Of a stretch of 64,000 nucleotides of DNA, positions 59,599 to 64,000 are shown piece after piece. The stretch is from the NCBI GenBank assembly GCA_050011565.1, contig JBEKIW010000002.1, positions 384,001-448,000 on the forward strand. Reading direction: 5' to 3'. The notes under the pieces are model-generated. The model was not told the origin of the DNA. It made no database searches and was given only the letters and a program-made list of their open reading frames with translations. The position numbers and the translations under genes were made by a program. Source of the DNA: Dehalococcoidia bacterium. GTDB lineage: Bacteria; Chloroflexota; Dehalococcoidia; GIF9; UBA5629. How positions within the stretch are numbered: position 1 is the first letter of the stretch; each line of letters starts with the position of its first letter.

Positions 59599-59665
59599 AT
59601 CCTCGAATGTGAAATATCGTGGAACGTATGGTATCCTTAATGCCGCCCGGACTTGAGGCATTATC

Positions 59666-61141
59666 ATGTCGATGAGCAGGATGGTAAAGTGGTTGTCAGT
59701 GGCGCTGGCTGTGGCGCTGTGCCTTCAGCTGGGCTTTTCCGGCTCGACTGTCTCGGCGGTAAACGGCCCCGCCGTTAAGGAGCTGAATTTCGTTTTCCTT
59801 CACGGCGCCGGCGGCGATCCCTGCGGTCCGCAACTTCTGGATGATTCTATTATGGAGCAGATACCGGATTACATACTTAAATATCAGCAGGCCAATCCCG
59901 GCGTCGAGATCAAGGTTAATACTATGAACAGATGCTGTCCCAGCGATGTGGACGTGGAGACCTGGGCCAAAAACATTGCTGACAGCGTTGATAAGTATCT
60001 GCCCGGCAAGGGGAAGATAATATTTATCGGGCATAGTATGGGCGGCAAGTCAGCGCTTTATGCCGTAGCCCATAATGTCGGCAATCTGGCTGATAGGGTG
60101 GCGGCGGTGGTGACCATCAATAGTCCTATTAAGAGCCTCAATAATTATCAGCTCGTCGGAAACAGCTCATTTTTCGACTTTTGCCGCGCTGGATGGCTGA
60201 TACGGCCTGACCGCGGGGTTTGTGCTTCGGTGGGAAGCTACGATAGCTCCGAAGACGGTAAGTGGGTTGGGCAGAACAGGCACTGGCTGGCTTTTATATC
60301 GGGTGAAAACGCACCGCTCAGTACGCAGTTCGATTATGGCGGCTTAGACCCTTACCCGCGGGATATGGACGACGGCGCTCTGCCGATATCCGCTCAATAT
60401 GCTGACGGCGCGGACGTAGTTTACTACGGTGAATATGGCCACAGCGACTTCACCCAGATAAAAGAACTGGCGGCTTCAATGGCCGGCGAGATACTGAATT
60501 ACATCTTCGGCGGTACCATAGAATGCTCGGTCCTGGCCAGGGATGGCGGCTGGCAGCATAAGGCCGGCATGCTGCTGGGAACTGATTACTTTCAGGATAC
60601 CATCGGCGATGTTCTGGGCGACAGCAGTTTTATATGGCATACGAACTCGTCGTATATGGGGTGGCAGGAGTGGGAGGATACGGTGGATTACCAACCGCCG
60701 ACTTATGAGAATCAACTGAGAAGCCGCTTTGAGTTCAGTCGAGAGTGGTCAGCGCCGTTTTTAACCAGAGTCGATGAAGTACGCTGGCTGAGCCCTGATG
60801 ACCCGGCGGATTGCCGCCTCTACCTGCGGACCAGCGCTGCTCCGAGAAACACCGTACAGGTTGACTATAACATTTATGTGCAGGGCTTACTGGCTGAAGG
60901 GACGAAGCGCGACCACTATGAAATCGAGATAACCGCCGGCACACCTATGGCTGAGATAAACCAGGCATTGTGGATGAACGATAACCCGCGCGATATGAGG
61001 GTGCAGGTGGCTTCGCGGGTGGAAAGGCCGTTCCGGTGGTACGATGCCAAGTGGAGGGTGTATTACCGGGAAAGCCGGCAGAGAAACGTAATTGATGAAA
61101 TACCAGTCCTGCAGGAAGCAAGCTCTGCAGGGAAATCCTAG
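59666..61141 (+). CDS. secreted alpha/beta hydrolase with unknown C-terminal domain
   Basis: Signal peptide, FLHG, GHSMGG, DDG, GHSD. Confidence 0.75.
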   Translation: MSMSRMVKWLSVALAVALCLQLGFSGSTVSAVNGPAVKELNFVFLHGAGGDPCGPQLLDDSIMEQIPDYILKYQQANPGVEIKVNTMNRCCPSDVDVETWAKNIADSVDKYLPGKGKIIFIGHSMGGKSALYAVAHNVGNLADRVAAVVTINSPIKSLNNYQLVGNSSFFDFCRAGWLIRPDRGVCASVGSYDSSEDGKWVGQNRHWLAFISGENAPLSTQFDYGGLDPYPRDMDDGALPISAQYADGADVVYYGEYGHSDFTQIKELAASMAGEILNYIFGGTIECSVLARDGGWQHKAGMLLGTDYFQDTIGDVLGDSSFIWHTNSSYMGWQEWEDTVDYQPPTYENQLRSRFEFSREWSAPFLTRVDEVRWLSPDDPADCRLYLRTSAAPRNTVQVDYNIYVQGLLAEGTKRDHYEIEITAGTPMAEINQALWMNDNPRDMRVQVASRVERPFRWYDAKWRVYYRESRQRNVIDEIPVLQEASSAGKS

Positions 61142-61276
61142 ATCCTAAATTCTAAGCTCTAAATAATTTCCAAATTCAAAATCCTAATCAGAAGAATCAC
61201 GAAGTTTTATTTGTTTTGAATTTTATTATTCAGATTTTGATATTGTTTAGGATTTGGTGCTTAGGGTTTATTATTT
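61132..61276. repeat. heptamer-based inverted repeat element, family D copy 2
   Basis: TTTAGGATTTGGTGCTTAGG arm is the reverse complement of 19271-19290. Confidence 0.8.
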
Positions 61277-61286
61277 CCGTGCCTAG

Positions 61287-62393
61287 CTAGGCTCGCAGCA
61301 CGGCTCTGGCCTTAAGGAAGCGGAAAAAGCGTTCCCGTGTAACCATGCCGACCAGCTTATCATTCTGAGTTACCGGTATCTGGTCTATGTCGTAGTCATC
61401 CATCTGCTCCAGCAGGTCTACGGCGGGTTGGTTGGGTGGAGCCGTCTTGAGCAGGCCGGCGGGGGTCATTATGTTGCTGATAAGAGTCGACTCCCAGAGC
61501 TTCGGCGAAATCTGAGTATCCCCCAGAGTGACGATTCCCTGCAGCTTGCCGTCCTCGATGACCACAAAACAGTGCTGGCCCGAGTTGATGATATATTCGC
61601 GGACCAGTGCGAAGGTGAGCTGCTGTTTTATGGGCGTATAGTCATCGGTCATTAAATCATGCGCCGTCATGCCGCGCAGGGCGTCGCGTATCAGCGCTTG
61701 ACGCTGGCTTACGGTGGCGGCATCTTCCAGGAACAAACCAAACACCACGGTGGCGACACCGGCAAACCAATCGCGAGATAGTATAACTGCCAGACCACCG
61801 GCAGCAATTAGCACGAAACCTATGACTTGTCCGACCAGTGCAGCAGTTCGTGTTGCCCGGCTGTAGTCCTTCATAGTCAGTTGCAGTATGGCTTTTAGTA
61901 TCCAGCCTGCATCCAGGGGGAAAGCCGGAGTAATATTGAACAGGGCTATCATTATGTTGAAATAAAAAAGCCACTGTATTAGTTCGGCAAATTGAAAGCC
62001 GCCGAGGCTGGTCAGTACATAGAAGATTGTGTAAAACAGGCCGGCGATGACTAAGTTGGACAGCGGGCCGGCTATAGCCATCAGTATCTCGGGAGCCGGG
62101 TGGGCGTCCTGTTCCGTTATCCGGGGGATGCCGCCAAAAACGTACAGTGTAACGCTTCTGACCGGCATATGTCTGTTGGTGGCTACGGCATACTGGGCCA
62201 GAGCGCGGGCACACATGGAACCGAAGAAAAGCAGGCTGGCGACGATGCCCAGGATTACATTTTGCCACCAGGGATAAAGCCCGCGAAGTGTAATAGCCAG
62301 GGTTATAACTATTAATGCCGCAGCGATGAACCAGGTATTGTGTACCCGGACCGGTATGCCGAAAAACTCTCCCAGTTTTGTAGAACGCGTCAT
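61287..62393 (-). CDS. M50 site-2-protease homologue with CBS pair; HExxH motif lost
   Basis: GIPV.VH.TW, ITL/VTLYVFGG, AIAGP..N, N..PAFPLD.G, two CBS domains; RALAQ where HELAH is expected. Confidence 0.85.
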   Translation of the reverse strand: MTRSTKLGEFFGIPVRVHNTWFIAAALIVITLAITLRGLYPWWQNVILGIVASLLFFGSMCARALAQYAVATNRHMPVRSVTLYVFGGIPRITEQDAHPAPEILMAIAGPLSNLVIAGLFYTIFYVLTSLGGFQFAELIQWLFYFNIMIALFNITPAFPLDAGWILKAILQLTMKDYSRATRTAALVGQVIGFVLIAAGGLAVILSRDWFAGVATVVFGLFLEDAATVSQRQALIRDALRGMTAHDLMTDDYTPIKQQLTFALVREYIINSGQHCFVVIEDGKLQGIVTLGDTQISPKLWESTLISNIMTPAGLLKTAPPNQPAVDLLEQMDDYDIDQIPVTQNDKLVGMVTRERFFRFLKARAVLRA

Positions 62394-62450
62394 GCTACTC
62401 TCTTAAGACATAGTATAAACGCTACGGACAAAGGAGACAAGGCGCTAACA

Positions 62451-62650
62451 AAATCAAAGGTAAAAGTTAAAGGTCGAAATGGTAAATTCCACCCTCACCT
62501 TAATCTTATCCCGTTCCCCATATCCCAGCGGGAGTAAATCCTCGCTGGATGCCTGCCCACCCTTCCTCCCAGAGGGAGGGAGTTAGAGGGAGGGGGAAAC
62601 AAATCAAAGATAAAAAGTTCCAAGTCAAAATGACAGGTCAAAATGTAAAA
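62451..62650. repeat. composite of family C, B and F repeat units
   Basis: See matches to 28546-28594 and 32650-32673. Confidence 0.78.
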
Positions 62651-62755
62651 TCGGGAATTCATGGATTGACTTTTTAGGTAGATGGTAGCAGAATGAACCT
62701 CCAATTCAATACGCAGGTAAAAAGTCTGGTTTGTGGACCTGGAAAGGCGGGCATC

Positions 62756-63403
62756 ATGCTAACGGTTCGAGAGGCAATTCAACAACGTAGAAGTACACGC
62801 AAATTTCTGGATAAGCCGGTGCCCACTGAAATGATTAATGAGATTCTTGAAGCAGCGCGCCTGGCTCCTTCGGCCAGCAACCGGCAGCCGTGGCGGTTCA
62901 TTGTGGTTACCGACCTGAAGGAAAGGGCAAAGCTGCGACAGATATGCTGGGACCAGGCTTTCATCGAGCAGGCGCCGGTGGTGTTTGTTTGCTGTGCCGA
63001 TTTGACCGCCTATGCCCAACCATCAAGACTGAAACGCTCCCAGGAATTTATTGACTACGGGGTCACCGAGACCTTATCCGGCCGTTTCGCCGACCCGGAG
63101 CTCCGGGCTGCTCTATTAAATATGCCTGACCCCGACCTGGGAATATTCGTGGCGGCAGCGGTGGCCAACAGTTATATTGCTATCGAGCACATGGTCTTGA
63201 CTGCCACGGCTCTGGGATTGGGTTCCTGCTGGGTGGGAGCGACGGGCGGAGAAGGAGAAATAAATGCCATGTTTGGCCTGCCAAAGACTACCGTAGTCAC
63301 CGCCGTGTTACCCGTCGGTTATTCTGCGACGACCCCGCCACCGCGGCCACGTATTTCGTTTTCCGAGATTCTGCTGCGTCCGCTGGAAGCAGCCGTAAAG
63401 TAG
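62756..63403 (+). CDS. nitroreductase-family protein
   Basis: RRSTRKF, ARLAPSASNRQPWRF, GLGSCWVG; start at MLTVREA. Confidence 0.92.
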   Translation: MLTVREAIQQRRSTRKFLDKPVPTEMINEILEAARLAPSASNRQPWRFIVVTDLKERAKLRQICWDQAFIEQAPVVFVCCADLTAYAQPSRLKRSQEFIDYGVTETLSGRFADPELRAALLNMPDPDLGIFVAAAVANSYIAIEHMVLTATALGLGSCWVGATGGEGEINAMFGLPKTTVVTAVLPVGYSATTPPPRPRISFSEILLRPLEAAVK

Positions 63404-63408
63404 GAGCT

Positions 63409-64000
63409 ATGAAAAATATGGTACAGGACAGTGACGTCAAAATAATCAGAATGGAGCTGGGGCCTTGGGGCACCAATGCCTATATAGTCGTTTGCCAGGC
63501 TACCAACGAAAGCCTGCTGGTGGATGCGCCCGGTGAAGCCGATAAGATATTGAAGCAACTGGCCGGCACCAGGCCGAAGTATATCGTGCTCACACATAAC
63601 CACATCGACCACATCGGAGCGCTGGAAGAGTTAAAAGCAAAGTTAAAAATACTGGTGGCGCTTCATCCTGGGGACGCTTCGAGGTTGGCGCTCAAACCGG
63701 ATATGGAGCTTAAGGACGGCGATGCCATAGAAGTCGGCAAATTGAAGCTGAAAGTGTCACATACGCCGGGGCATACGCCGGGAAGCCTGAGTTTTTTGGT
63801 CGGCAAATATTTGATATCGGGAGACACCATTTTTCCGGGCGGCCCGGGAAAGACGGGGACGCCTGCCGACTTCAAACAGATAGTGAAGTCCATAGAAAGC
63901 AAGCTTTTCGTCCTGCCTGATGACACACAGGTATATCCCGGGCACGGCGAGGGGACGGTAATGGGCAAGGAAAAGAAGGAATTCGCTGTCTTCGCTTCCA
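63409..64000 (+). CDS. MBL-fold metallo-hydrolase (glyoxalase II-like); runs off the window
   Basis: Manual translation gives TNAYIV...LTHNHIDH...HTPGHT...SGDT.F.GG.G...YPGHG. Confidence 0.9.
   Translation, partial: MKNMVQDSDVKIIRMELGPWGTNAYIVVCQATNESLLVDAPGEADKILKQLAGTRPKYIVLTHNHIDHIGALEELKAKLKILVALHPGDASRLALKPDMELKDGDAIEVGKLKLKVSHTPGHTPGSLSFLVGKYLISGDTIFPGGPGKTGTPADFKQIVKSIESKLFVLPDDTQVYPGHGEGTVMGKEKKEFAVFAS

Noticed and set aside
567-63968. Numerous 60-200 aa antisense or alternate-frame ORFs in the track
   Set aside because: They are shadows of well-supported genes and show no motifs or SD support

Overview
Bacterial chromosomal segment, most consistent with a Dehalococcoidia-like (Chloroflexota) anaerobe; this is inferred from gene content and order, not from a marker search. 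Core genes include nusA-ylxR-infB-rbfA-truB, typA, recN, rpsU, rlmN, ppsA, glgC and an ino1-GT4-pgsA inositol-lipid operon. Accessory modules are interleaved with them. (1) An ArsR-led operon encodes FmdB zinc ribbon, DsrE, TusA, DsrM-like and DsrK-like proteins plus a second FmdB; both FmdB genes end in TGA followed by SECIS-like hairpins, so selenocysteine is possible. (2) An operon encodes an FGGY kinase, a form IV RuBisCO-like protein and a saccharopine-dehydrogenase-like protein. (3) An AT-rich metallophosphoesterase-STAND NTPase gene is a candidate NLR-like defence protein. (4) A GT4 gene and a GT2-GH130 fusion sit between diverged direct copies of a DEAD-box helicase 3' end. (5) Other notable genes are an MshEN-GT2, an SDR plus steroid 5-alpha-reductase pair, a pseudo-site-2 protease and a repeat lipoprotein. 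Intergenic DNA carries several families of dispersed palindromic or heptameric repeats, one of them clustered beside a DUF559 nuclease gene. Several small genes are missing from the ORF track. No rRNA, tRNA, CRISPR array, integrase or transposase was seen. All calls come from motif recognition by eye, without database searches.
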